Below are positions 9,269 to 17,415 of a stretch of 64,000 nucleotides of DNA, in pieces; within the stretch, counting starts at the first letter, position 1, and every line of letters begins with the position of its first letter. The notes under the pieces were generated by a model. It was given only the letters and a program-made list of their open reading frames with translations. It was not told where the DNA came from and did not search any database. The stretch comes from Candidatus Roizmanbacteria bacterium. GTDB lineage: Bacteria > Patescibacteriota > Microgenomatia > UBA1406 > GWC2-37-13. The position numbers were made by a program, and so were the translations under genes. The DNA lies in assembly GCA_963845895.1 (NCBI GenBank), contig CAWJTN010000001.1, forward strand, positions 747,063-811,062, written 5' to 3'.

Positions 9269-9946
9269 TTAGGGTAGGAAGTCTGTCCTAATTTGTTTCG
9301 CTGGGTTTTTGTCCAAAACCAATACGTAAAAGAGTGGTATTTTGAAAAAGTCCAGTATCCAAATGGATTGGAATGTCTGCGGGACATAGTTTACCCAGTA
9401 AGCAAAAGTGTCTTCTTTAATAACATTCCATTTCGGTGTCTTTGCCATCTCATCTAGATTTAATTCGTGCTCCACCTTTGGAGTGATCCATATGATTTTT
9501 ACTATCCAATTTTCGGGCAACGTGCGGTCGAACTCATGGAAAAATAAGCCCTTAATTATCTTGTTAACAACCCTGTTAATTCTTACTTTATCGGTATCGC
9601 TTATGGTGTACATGGTCATTTTTCCTTTATACAATCCCGACTTGGTGTAAGCGTCCACAAGCTTCATCTGGTTAAACATCTGATGACCAAGAGCAGGTGT
9701 TCTTGTGATGGAGCGTGACACTTCACCATCCATGAGCTTTTTCGCTTCGGGAGATCGCTCCATGAGCATAGAAACGTAGAACTGTCTAAAAAAGCCCTCA
9801 TCCTTCTGGAACCCAGCATTACACTCATTACAGGACGGAACCGTAATGAGGGGTTTATCGGGAATACCCTTGAAAAACTGCTTTGCAGGAATATGTTCTC
9901 TCGTGTCTGCAACCCGTCCACAGAATATACAATCGTTAGTAGTCAT
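9269..9946 (-). CDS. Hypothetical protein with N-terminal HNH/zinc-ribbon-like motif
   Basis: CIFCG..TREHIPAKQFF....VPSCNECN is a CxxC..EH..CxxCN arrangement as in HNH_5-type nucleases. The remaining ~170 aa are unassigned. Confidence 0.5.
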   Translation of the reverse strand: MTTNDCIFCGRVADTREHIPAKQFFKGIPDKPLITVPSCNECNAGFQKDEGFFRQFYVSMLMERSPEAKKLMDGEVSRSITRTPALGHQMFNQMKLVDAYTKSGLYKGKMTMYTISDTDKVRINRVVNKIIKGLFFHEFDRTLPENWIVKIIWITPKVEHELNLDEMAKTPKWNVIKEDTFAYWVNYVPQTFQSIWILDFFKIPLFYVLVLDKNPAKQIRTDFLP

Positions 9947-10145
9947 TGGTTTGATTATTTTTTACTTTTTTCAAAACTTGATCCAGCGAATCGGCGTTGA
10001 GCTTATCTTTCAGTGTACCGAGTTTCATTCGCGGGTTAAATTTTTCTAGAACCGGATAGTCTTTTGCTAAATTACCTACCAAAGAATCGCTCCTCTCCTG
10101 TCGGATTCTACCTTTTTCGGTTTTTGTATGCTTTCCTAGCGCCAT
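9936..10145 (-). CDS. Small hypothetical protein (69 aa)
   Basis: ORF in an operon-like position between the DUF3892 and HNH-like genes. It overlaps the downstream gene by 11 nt. No family recognised. Confidence 0.4.
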   Translation of the reverse strand: MALGKHTKTEKGRIRQERSDSLVGNLAKDYPVLEKFNPRMKLGTLKDKLNADSLDQVLKKVKNNQTNDY

Positions 10146-10177
10146 AAATTATTCACCCCCTCAAACTGGCCTAATTT

Positions 10178-10456
10178 TTAAAGTGGGCATTCATTAAGAG
10201 ATAAAAGATTGTTTGGACTATAACCATCGGCTGTGGTTTTTAAATATTTCCTGCCGTCGTGTACGGCAATAACCACATCAACACTCCTGCCATTTACTAA
10301 AACATAGAAGCTATTGGTACCAGACTCGATTTGTCCGATTACTTCATTTTCACTTAGATGCCATCGCCTTCCATTATGTAAACCACCGAGGCTGAGTATC
10401 CGCTCATGAGGATTGTGATGTTCTCTTTTGTTTATACAGCTGACTTCTACATGCAT
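10178..10456 (-). CDS. DUF3892 domain protein
   Basis: ILSLGG..W.LSENEVIGQIESGTNSFYV..NGRSVDVVIAV..GRKYLKTTADGYSPNNLLSLNECP matches my memory of DUF3892. A strong SD (GGGAGGAGGTG) lies upstream. Confidence 0.65.
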   Translation of the reverse strand: MHVEVSCINKREHHNPHERILSLGGLHNGRRWHLSENEVIGQIESGTNSFYVLVNGRSVDVVIAVHDGRKYLKTTADGYSPNNLLSLNECPL

Positions 10457-10458
10457 TT

Positions 10459-11100
10459 TTACACACCTCCTCCCTGCAAATTTAATTCTGGTTTAAAAAC
10501 GCCAATTGCGACTCCATCTATATTGAATGCTTCATTGACTTGATTTTTTTTAAACACGAAGGGTTCATATTTAGGGTTATACGGTTTAAGAATATATTCA
10601 CTTTCCGTTTCTCTGAAAATTTTCACTGTAAATCCTTCGGCGACGCGGGCGACCACAATGTTGCCAGCCTGGGGCGCCTGATTTTCCTCCATAATAATGA
10701 GATCGCCATCGTCAATTTTTGGAACCATACTGTCTCCAACCGCTTTTACCAGATACAATTGTTTTTTAGAATTGCGTCCGAGGATTCGTAACGGAACAGG
10801 GATCATTTGGATGATATGATCCTCAACGATCTCATTAAGTGGTTGTCCGCAGTGTGCATTTCCCAAGAGTGGCAAAAAAGCAATTGCGGAGCTAGCATCA
10901 GGAGAGTTAACTCGACTGACTTTTCCATCATGACCACGAACGATGAAGCCGTCTTGTTCCAATTTCCGGATATGGTACAAGATAGTATTGGCAGCAAGAC
11001 CGAATTCTTCCCCTAAATCGCGAAGAGAGATCGCCTCACCAGATTCAATTGAAATCTTCAGCCTTTCTAGTATTTTCCGTTGAGTATCGTTCAGTGCCAT
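10459..11100 (-). CDS. LexA/CI-like repressor (winged HTH + S24 autopeptidase)
   Basis: The N-terminal wHTH has LRDLGEEFGLAANTILYHIRKLEQDGFI. AHCGQP sits at the usual AAG cleavage position. GDSMVP carries the catalytic Ser and GFTVKIF the catalytic Lys. Confidence 0.85.
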   Translation of the reverse strand: MALNDTQRKILERLKISIESGEAISLRDLGEEFGLAANTILYHIRKLEQDGFIVRGHDGKVSRVNSPDASSAIAFLPLLGNAHCGQPLNEIVEDHIIQMIPVPLRILGRNSKKQLYLVKAVGDSMVPKIDDGDLIIMEENQAPQAGNIVVARVAEGFTVKIFRETESEYILKPYNPKYEPFVFKKNQVNEAFNIDGVAIGVFKPELNLQGGGV

Positions 11101-11174
11101 TAGTACAGATTATCTAACACATGAAGCGAAAAGTCAAATGAATTCTGAAACCCCATAACGAGGTCAACACAAGG

Positions 11175-11414
11175 ATGTTATACTATCCCTATATGCCCAA
11201 CAAGCAAGACGATAAACCCAAAAAAGATCCAATGTCATTTGGCCTAACCGATCTATTGGATAAATTTAAAGGTACATTTGTAGCTTTAAAGGATGATGAA
11301 AGGACAGTAATTTGTACGGGTGATTCCGCAACTTTCGTAAAGAAGAAGGCTTTAGAAATGGGCTATAAAAACCCGATTATAACCTGTTTAGTAGAAGATC
11401 CTCCGAAAACCTAA
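11175..11414 (+). CDS. Small hypothetical protein, divergent from the repressor
   Basis: 79-aa ORF, or 71 aa from ATG 11199, which lies 8 nt after a TATACT box. No confident family. Confidence 0.45.
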   Translation: MLYYPYMPNKQDDKPKKDPMSFGLTDLLDKFKGTFVALKDDERTVICTGDSATFVKKKALEMGYKNPIITCLVEDPPKT

Positions 11415-11696
11415 AATAAACTTTCGAAATAAATAGTATAGATTAATTTCCTAAGTTAACTTCTTTATCCCCCACTTAGTGAGTCGATCGTTAACAATAA
11501 TGATCTTATAGGATTTTCAAAATAACTCTTAATATTCATCTTTGGACTATTGTAACTTGCAGTATCTCTTGATTTATGTAACTAACTAATGTAATATAGC
11601 ATTCATTATAAGTTAGTATTCAAATACTGCCATGCTGGCGGTATTTTTATTTTCTTTTAAGAAAACGATTTTTCTTAAAGAAGGGGGGTGGAATAT

Positions 11697-12047
11697 ATGA
11701 AAAAGATTACTGCGATTAACGTATTTTTAACTCTCGCCTTTTTTGTCTTTGCTGGTCCCGCGTTTGCCGATACCGCCGGAGTTTCTCAAATCCAAACATT
11801 TATCCAAGGCGTCATTGCAGTTTTAGTAACACTCTCTGGTTTAGTTGCCGCCGGATTTTTTGTATTAGGGGGTGTTGGATACATCACGAGTTCTGGCAAT
11901 CCGGAAGCCTTAGATAAATCTAAGAAAACAATTTTCTATTCGGCAATTGGCCTAGCTATAGTTTTGGGAGCATTCGTTCTCACAAACATTGTTAGTCAAC
12001 TTGCAGGGACGGCTTTTGGGACCAGTACTAATGCGGTGGCTCACTAA
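11697..12047 (+). CDS. TrbC/VirB2-like T4SS pilin
   Basis: Signal peptide (..FAGPAFA/DT), then two hydrophobic helices flanking GYITSSGNPEALDKSKKTI. SD AGGGGGGTGG lies 7 nt before ATG 11697 (the ORF track starts at GTG 11688). Confidence 0.7.
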   Translation: MKKITAINVFLTLAFFVFAGPAFADTAGVSQIQTFIQGVIAVLVTLSGLVAAGFFVLGGVGYITSSGNPEALDKSKKTIFYSAIGLAIVLGAFVLTNIVSQLAGTAFGTSTNAVAH

Positions 12048-12072
12048 TTTAATAGATCTGACTTTTTAACAT

Positions 12073-13374
12073 ATGATGAAAAAGTTGGCTTTTAGCTCTT
12101 TGTGGCTATTTCTTCTTTCAATATTCTTCGTTCATCCTGTTTTGGCCGTAACTACTAGCTCCGAAATTACTCAGTACACCAGTGACACCTTAAGTATCTT
12201 AACGCTCATTGCCTCGGCTGCCGCTGTTTTCTTTCTTATTAAAGGTGGATACGGCTATATGAGTTCAACTGGTAAGCCGGAAGCAATCGAACAAGCCAAA
12301 AAGACAATTAAGAATGCCCTGATTGGTCTGGTTATAGTTCTTGCTGCTGGTTTTATTATCTCTTTCTTTAATGGTGCCTTAACTGGCACAACATCCGGAG
12401 GTGGTGCACCACCCGTCTCTCTCTCCCAGATTGAGTCAGTTAAACCCAGTGACGGGTTGACCCAGGTCTTAATCGATGCAGTGTCATCTTTTATGCAAAA
12501 CATCATCCAGTCAGCCACCAAGCCGATTGTGGACGGGATCATTGGGTTTTTAACGACAACCCCAACGCTCTTGGATAACCAGGTAATTTTCAATTTCTGG
12601 TTAGTGATACTTGGTATTACCGATTCCCTGTTTGCGGTCATCGTTGCCCTGTTAGGTCTCCACTTCATGAGTGCCTCCTCCTTGGGCTATGACGACGTGG
12701 AGTTATCGAAACTGTTACCAAAGATCGGACTAGCCTTCCTGGGAGCCAATGTTTCCTTGTTTTTGGCCAACTATGTCATTCTGACTGCTAATGCTTTGGT
12801 TAAAACCGTCATCTCCTCAACAGGGGGACTAAGTGAAGCTTGGGTGGTCAACGCCATTAATCTTCCGGCTCTCGCCTCCGGCAATATGCCCTTAATTACC
12901 CTGATATTTTTAATTTTGTTTCTCATTTTAGCTGTTGTCCTTCTATTTATGTACATTACCCGTTTGATTATGATTTCCCTGGGCGCGGTGTTATCTCCTT
13001 TGATTTTCCTCCTCTCGATCGTACCAAAGTTTTCCGACTTTGCCGAAATTGCCGTCAAAAGCTATTTTGTCACTGTCTTTATTGTTTTCGTCCACGTGGT
13101 TATTATCCAGTTAGCTTCGTCCTACTTAACTTTCCCTGGACAAACCAACAATTCCCTAATCTCAATTGTGGTTGCGATCGGCCTCTTTTTTACTCTTCTT
13201 AAAATCCCTGGACTTCTTATGCAGATGGTTTTTTATAACTCGGCCAATGGTTTTGTTAGGCATATTGGCCATCAGATCATGAATATGATGAGTACCGATA
13301 ATAGCGCAACCGCAAGCAGGGAAGCAGCCAAGAACGCAGCGGTCAAAACTCCCAGAAAGGTGGTCGCCGCATGA
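12073..13374 (+). CDS. Pilin-like N-terminal module fused to a VirB6/TrbL-like polytopic membrane domain
   Basis: Residues ~1-100 repeat the pilin layout, including GYGYMSSTGKPEAIEQAKKTI. At least 6 further TM helices follow. Confidence 0.6.
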   Translation: MMKKLAFSSLWLFLLSIFFVHPVLAVTTSSEITQYTSDTLSILTLIASAAAVFFLIKGGYGYMSSTGKPEAIEQAKKTIKNALIGLVIVLAAGFIISFFNGALTGTTSGGGAPPVSLSQIESVKPSDGLTQVLIDAVSSFMQNIIQSATKPIVDGIIGFLTTTPTLLDNQVIFNFWLVILGITDSLFAVIVALLGLHFMSASSLGYDDVELSKLLPKIGLAFLGANVSLFLANYVILTANALVKTVISSTGGLSEAWVVNAINLPALASGNMPLITLIFLILFLILAVVLLFMYITRLIMISLGAVLSPLIFLLSIVPKFSDFAEIAVKSYFVTVFIVFVHVVIIQLASSYLTFPGQTNNSLISIVVAIGLFFTLLKIPGLLMQMVFYNSANGFVRHIGHQIMNMMSTDNSATASREAAKNAAVKTPRKVVAA

Positions 13375-13814
13375 GAACGACTGTTATTCCCGCCCAGATC
13401 ACAACTGTTGAGGATAAGATTGCCGGAAGCCTTAACTTAACTCAGATTATGATTCTCATGGTTCCTGTTTTTTGGACTACCGCTGTCTATACAATCTTTT
13501 CTCCCGCCATGCATTTAGCCTGGTACAAGATACCTGTAATTTTAATTGTTCTGTTTGCCTGCCTAATCCTCTCCCTTCGCATCAAAGGTAAGGTGCTCGT
13601 TGAGTGGTTACTGGTTCTTGCCAAATACTATGGCCGACCAAAATATTATCTTTTCAACAAAAACGATTCCTATCTTCGTAGCCTTGATCTTCCAGTGTTT
13701 GAGAAAAAAACAATAACGTTTCCAAAATTAAACCCAGTAAGAAATGAAGTTAAAAAGACTAGTTCCTGCATCAAGCATCGCGGATTTTGTCAAATTGGAA
13801 AATATTATTGGTAA
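13371..13814 (+). CDS. PrgI/VirB3-like small membrane protein
   Basis: IPAQITTVEDKIAGSLNLTQIMILMVPVF followed by two TM helices. An ATGA start/stop overlap links it to the upstream gene. Confidence 0.55.
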   Translation: MRTTVIPAQITTVEDKIAGSLNLTQIMILMVPVFWTTAVYTIFSPAMHLAWYKIPVILIVLFACLILSLRIKGKVLVEWLLVLAKYYGRPKYYLFNKNDSYLRSLDLPVFEKKTITFPKLNPVRNEVKKTSSCIKHRGFCQIGKYYW

Positions 13815-13861
13815 TTCCAAATACAGCGTGAGTTTTAAATCAGAAAAGAAAGGAGGCATCA

Positions 13862-14482
13862 ATGTGGCTTTTGAACAGGTCAAGAAATAGCGTAAGTTCC
13901 CGGCGTCAGATCCAGATAAAGGAGGTCAAAGACTCTATTCTTATTCTCCCCAACAACCAATACCGGATTATTCTGGAGACTTCTTCAATCAATTTTGAGT
14001 TGAAAAGTGAGGAGGAACAAGACGTTTTAATAGATTCCTTCCAAAACTTTTTAAATTCGCTACCGTGTCAGCTACAGATAGCAATCAAGGTCCGCGAAGT
14101 TGACATTGACCGGTATCTGGAACAAATCGGACAAACCGCCACTCATGAGAAAGAAACGGTCTATAAGGATCAGATCGTAAACTACTGCCAATTTATTAAA
14201 TCTATGGTCTCAGGCAACAAAATCTTATCACGCCGGTTTTACGTTGTTATTCCTTATCACCATACCGAACGAAAAACCGATTTTCAGCTTATTAAAGAAC
14301 AAATCAACCTCAATAGGGATATCGTCATGCGGGGATTGGAGAAACTAGGGATGAAAGCCAGACAACTGGACAGTTTGGAAATTTTGGATCTTTTCTACAG
14401 TTTCTACAATTCAAGCCAAGTTAAAACCCAGGAGTTGAAGGGCCAAACTATTCAGATGCTTTTACAAAACAACTATGTTTAA
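13862..14482 (+). CDS. VirB4-family ATPase, N-terminal domain encoded as a separate ORF
   Basis: IQIKEVKDSILILPNNQYRIILETSSINFELKSEEEQDVLIDSFQNFLNSL is the usual start of Gram-positive-type VirB4/TraE proteins. SD AAAGGAGG lies 5 nt upstream. Confidence 0.7.
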   Translation: MWLLNRSRNSVSSRRQIQIKEVKDSILILPNNQYRIILETSSINFELKSEEEQDVLIDSFQNFLNSLPCQLQIAIKVREVDIDRYLEQIGQTATHEKETVYKDQIVNYCQFIKSMVSGNKILSRRFYVVIPYHHTERKTDFQLIKEQINLNRDIVMRGLEKLGMKARQLDSLEILDLFYSFYNSSQVKTQELKGQTIQMLLQNNYV

Positions 14483-16304
14483 TTTAGAAAATATTAAAAA
14501 TCGTTTGTATCATAAAAAATCAAAAAAGCGAAGAACTTCCAACAAGGAAGTTCTTAAAAAGCCTTTGCAGTTTAATTATGGTGAACAGGACCAGGTTGAT
14601 ATGATCTCCTACTCCGGCATACACGAAGATGCTTCATATCTTCAAATGGGTGACAAGTTTGTGAGAACTCTTTTTATCTCCGGTTACCCCTATGTCGCCT
14701 CAACCGGCTGGCTTAATATGCTTATAAACTTTAACCATAATGTAGACATTTCCTATCACATCGAGCAAGTGGACCCACTCATGGCTCTCCCTAAACTCAA
14801 TAGGAAAATAACCGAGCTTGAGTCAACCAAACGAACGATGCTTAAAGCTGGCAAAGTCATCGGCTCGGAAATCACTGATCCTCTTGAATCTGCGATGGAG
14901 CTAAAAGACAAAATACAACGAGGACAGGAGAAATTGTTTCAAGTCTCCATTTATATAACCATAACAAGCGATAACCTTACAGACTTAAATAAACTAACTA
15001 CCGTTTTGGAAACCCTCATGTCAACCCGTCTTTTTTACATTAAAACCGCCACTTTTCAACAATTGGAAGCTCTCCAATCGACGTTACCCCGAGCTGAGAA
15101 TCTTCTGGCTCAGAAACGGAATTTAGACAGCTCCTCAGCTGCCTTAACCTTCCCCTTTGTTTCCTCAGAACTGGTCCAGGAATCCGGGATTTTATACGGA
15201 ATCAACAAATCGAATAATTCTTTGGTTATGGTCGACAGATTCAGTTTGAACAATGCCAACAGTATTATTTTCGCCCAATCAGGAAGCGGTAAAAGCTATA
15301 CTGCCAAAGTCGAGATACTTCGCCAGCTCATGCAGGGAACAAAAGTAATCGTAATCGATCCAGAACGGGAATATAAACAATTAACTTCATCAGTCAATGG
15401 TACCTATATCAAACTTTCCGTCAAATCCAAAGAAAAAATCAACCCCTTTGATTTTTCCATCAGTTCCTATTCAGACGAAAACGATTTAGCAGAACACATT
15501 CAGGACTTAACCGAAATTGTCTCTCTTATGGTCGGCGGATTAAGTACCGAGGAGAGAGCGGTCATCGATAAGGCCCTTCTTCAAACCTATAAAGACCATG
15601 GTTGGACGATGTATTACTCCTATACTCCTAAAGTTAATCGAGATCCGAGAGGCCGAAAGTTAAGACCAAAATCTTATCCTTTGCTTAAAGACTTTTACCA
15701 GACCTTAAGGAAGATGAAACAAAAAGACTTGTGTAACCGTTTGGAACGGTTTGTCAAAGGTTCCCTCTCGACTGTTTTTGACTCGCAAACAAATATCGAG
15801 CTCAATAACCGTTTAGTTATCTTTGACATTAAAGATCTAAACGAATCCTTGAGACAAATTATGATGTTAGTTATTGCCAATTTTGTCCATTCGCAGGTCA
15901 AGACCAAACCGCAAAAGCGAATCCTTCTTATTGATGAGGGTTGGATGCTTCTTCAAGAGGAGGAAAGCGCTCGGTTTATCTCAGGGTTAGTCAGACGTGC
16001 CAGAAAATATTATCTCGGAGTCACTATCATTTCCCAACAGGCCAATGATTTCTTAAACCAGGAATATGGACGGGCCATAGCTTCCCAGTCATCACTTCGC
16101 ATCCTAATGAAGCAGGACACAACAACTATTAAAAAAGTCACCCAAGAGTTTAATTTAAGTGAATACGAACAGCATTATTTATTAACCTGTGATCGAGGAG
16201 AAGCCTTGATTATTGCCGATCAAAACCATGTGGCTCTAAAGGTGGTTGCCTCTGAAAAAGAACATCCGCTTTTAACTACCGATCCTAGGGAAATTTACCT
16301 GTAA
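14475..16304 (+). CDS. VirB4-family T4SS ATPase (middle + ATPase domains)
   Basis: Has GDKFVRTLFISGYPYVASTGWL, Walker A AQSGSGKSYT and Walker B ILLIDEGW. An 8-nt overlap (ATGTTTAA) links it to the N-terminal ORF. Confidence 0.85.
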   Translation: MFNLENIKNRLYHKKSKKRRTSNKEVLKKPLQFNYGEQDQVDMISYSGIHEDASYLQMGDKFVRTLFISGYPYVASTGWLNMLINFNHNVDISYHIEQVDPLMALPKLNRKITELESTKRTMLKAGKVIGSEITDPLESAMELKDKIQRGQEKLFQVSIYITITSDNLTDLNKLTTVLETLMSTRLFYIKTATFQQLEALQSTLPRAENLLAQKRNLDSSSAALTFPFVSSELVQESGILYGINKSNNSLVMVDRFSLNNANSIIFAQSGSGKSYTAKVEILRQLMQGTKVIVIDPEREYKQLTSSVNGTYIKLSVKSKEKINPFDFSISSYSDENDLAEHIQDLTEIVSLMVGGLSTEERAVIDKALLQTYKDHGWTMYYSYTPKVNRDPRGRKLRPKSYPLLKDFYQTLRKMKQKDLCNRLERFVKGSLSTVFDSQTNIELNNRLVIFDIKDLNESLRQIMMLVIANFVHSQVKTKPQKRILLIDEGWMLLQEEESARFISGLVRRARKYYLGVTIISQQANDFLNQEYGRAIASQSSLRILMKQDTTTIKKVTQEFNLSEYEQHYLLTCDRGEALIIADQNHVALKVVASEKEHPLLTTDPREIYL

Positions 16305-16311
16305 TACATGA

Positions 16312-16929
16312 ATGAATCCGAAAATTATCATTACTCTGTGGTCCTTCCGGCGTGAGCTGAAGTACGTTTTGTTAGCTTTCCTTATTCTTCTTTCCCTCCC
16401 AGTAATTGCCGTCGTTATCCTCATGAACGCTGGATTTAATGTGGTTTCGGATAAGTTGGTAACTGTTAACACCAATACTCAAAGCGTTCAACTTCGTGAT
16501 CCCAAAGACGGTTCAGTGATCAAAGAAATTAAACCCATTGTTTCCTGGCCCGTAGCCGGGGTTGTAACACTGGAATTCGGACAAATTGACCTACCGTATC
16601 AACCTTTTCATACCGGTATTGATATTGCCAATCCCCAGGGACAAATTGGTGATCCGATTCATCCATTCATGAACGGAACTGTAATTTATGCCGGGGAAAT
16701 CTTCTGGGGGTTTGGGAAACACGTCTTAATTGATAATGGTAACAATATTACGTCCATTTATGCTCATTTGGATAAAATCTATGTTTATCCGGGTGAAAAG
16801 GTAACTATAAACGATGTTATTGGGAAGGAAGGAGAGACCGGTTGGGCGACAGGACCCCATCTTCATTTTCAGATTGATGTTTTTGGGATACCGGTTAATC
16901 CAAGGACGTTTTTAGGAGAAGGAAATTAA
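16312..16929 (+). CDS. M23 (LytM-type) peptidoglycan hydrolase
   Basis: HTGIDIA, SIYAHLDKIYVYPGEKV and GETGWATGPHLHFQI motifs, with an N-terminal TM anchor. Confidence 0.9.
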   Translation: MNPKIIITLWSFRRELKYVLLAFLILLSLPVIAVVILMNAGFNVVSDKLVTVNTNTQSVQLRDPKDGSVIKEIKPIVSWPVAGVVTLEFGQIDLPYQPFHTGIDIANPQGQIGDPIHPFMNGTVIYAGEIFWGFGKHVLIDNGNNITSIYAHLDKIYVYPGEKVTINDVIGKEGETGWATGPHLHFQIDVFGIPVNPRTFLGEGN

Positions 16930-16996
16930 ATTAAAGATCGAAAAATATTTCTGAAAGTTTTTTGGCCAGACGGATCAATTCTGTTATACTATTGGT

Positions 16997-17203
16997 ATGG
17001 GCGATAACAACGGCAGAAAAAAACTTAAAAAAGCTAGAAAAAGTTTGGGCTTAAAACAAGCCGAAGTCGCTGAAAAAGTTGGTATTACCTCAAATTACTA
17101 TTCGATGATTGAGAGAGGCGAAGTAGACAACCCCGGATCAAAATTTATGGTAAAAATCGCAAAGATATTGAAACTAGAGCTTTCAGACATCCTTCCTTTT
17201 TAA
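16997..17203 (+). CDS. XRE-family helix-turn-helix regulator
   Basis: LKKARKSLGLKQAEVAEKVGITSNYYSMIERGEVDNP. Confidence 0.85.
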   Translation: MGDNNGRKKLKKARKSLGLKQAEVAEKVGITSNYYSMIERGEVDNPGSKFMVKIAKILKLELSDILPF

Positions 17204-17379
17204 TTTGGCAAGTTCTTTTTATCCGACTCTTCAACTAGTTCTTTTAATGCTTTGCTTATGTCACCGGCAACTCCTGGCAAAAGCTTTAATACCTTTATGG
17301 CTCTTTCCCTTGTTGCTTCTTCCGGTTTAATCTTCCTGATTTTTTCGATCATTGCCCGAATTTGTTTTTCGGTTGGCAT
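17200..17379 (-). CDS. Possible small ORF (59 aa) downstream of the PLD-like gene
   Basis: My hand translation gives MPTEKQIRAMIEKIRKIKPEEATRERAIKVLKLLPGVAGDISKALKELVEESDKKNLPN*. It is below the ORF-track cutoff and co-oriented with the upstream gene. Confidence 0.3.
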   Translation of the reverse strand: MPTEKQIRAMIEKIRKIKPEEATRERAIKVLKLLPGVAGDISKALKELVEESDKKNLPN

Positions 17380-17415
17380 AATTTTATTTCCTTACTACTT
17401 GGAGTATATCAAAAT

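Noticed and set aside
11617-11630. Palindrome AGTATT-CA-AATACT and nearby TGTAAC(T) repeats (11553-11600) upstream of the pilin gene, considered as LexA/SOS boxes.
   Set aside because: They do not match the LexA box consensi I know (CTGT-N8-ACAG or CGAACRNRYGTTYC). Such short AT-rich palindromes are expected by chance in this DNA. They could still be operators for the local repressor, but I cannot support that.
12255-13058. Antisense ORFs (137 aa and 95 aa) inside the pilin/VirB6-like gene.
   Set aside because: They are nested opposite a membrane-protein gene that is translationally coupled to its neighbours. No independent support.
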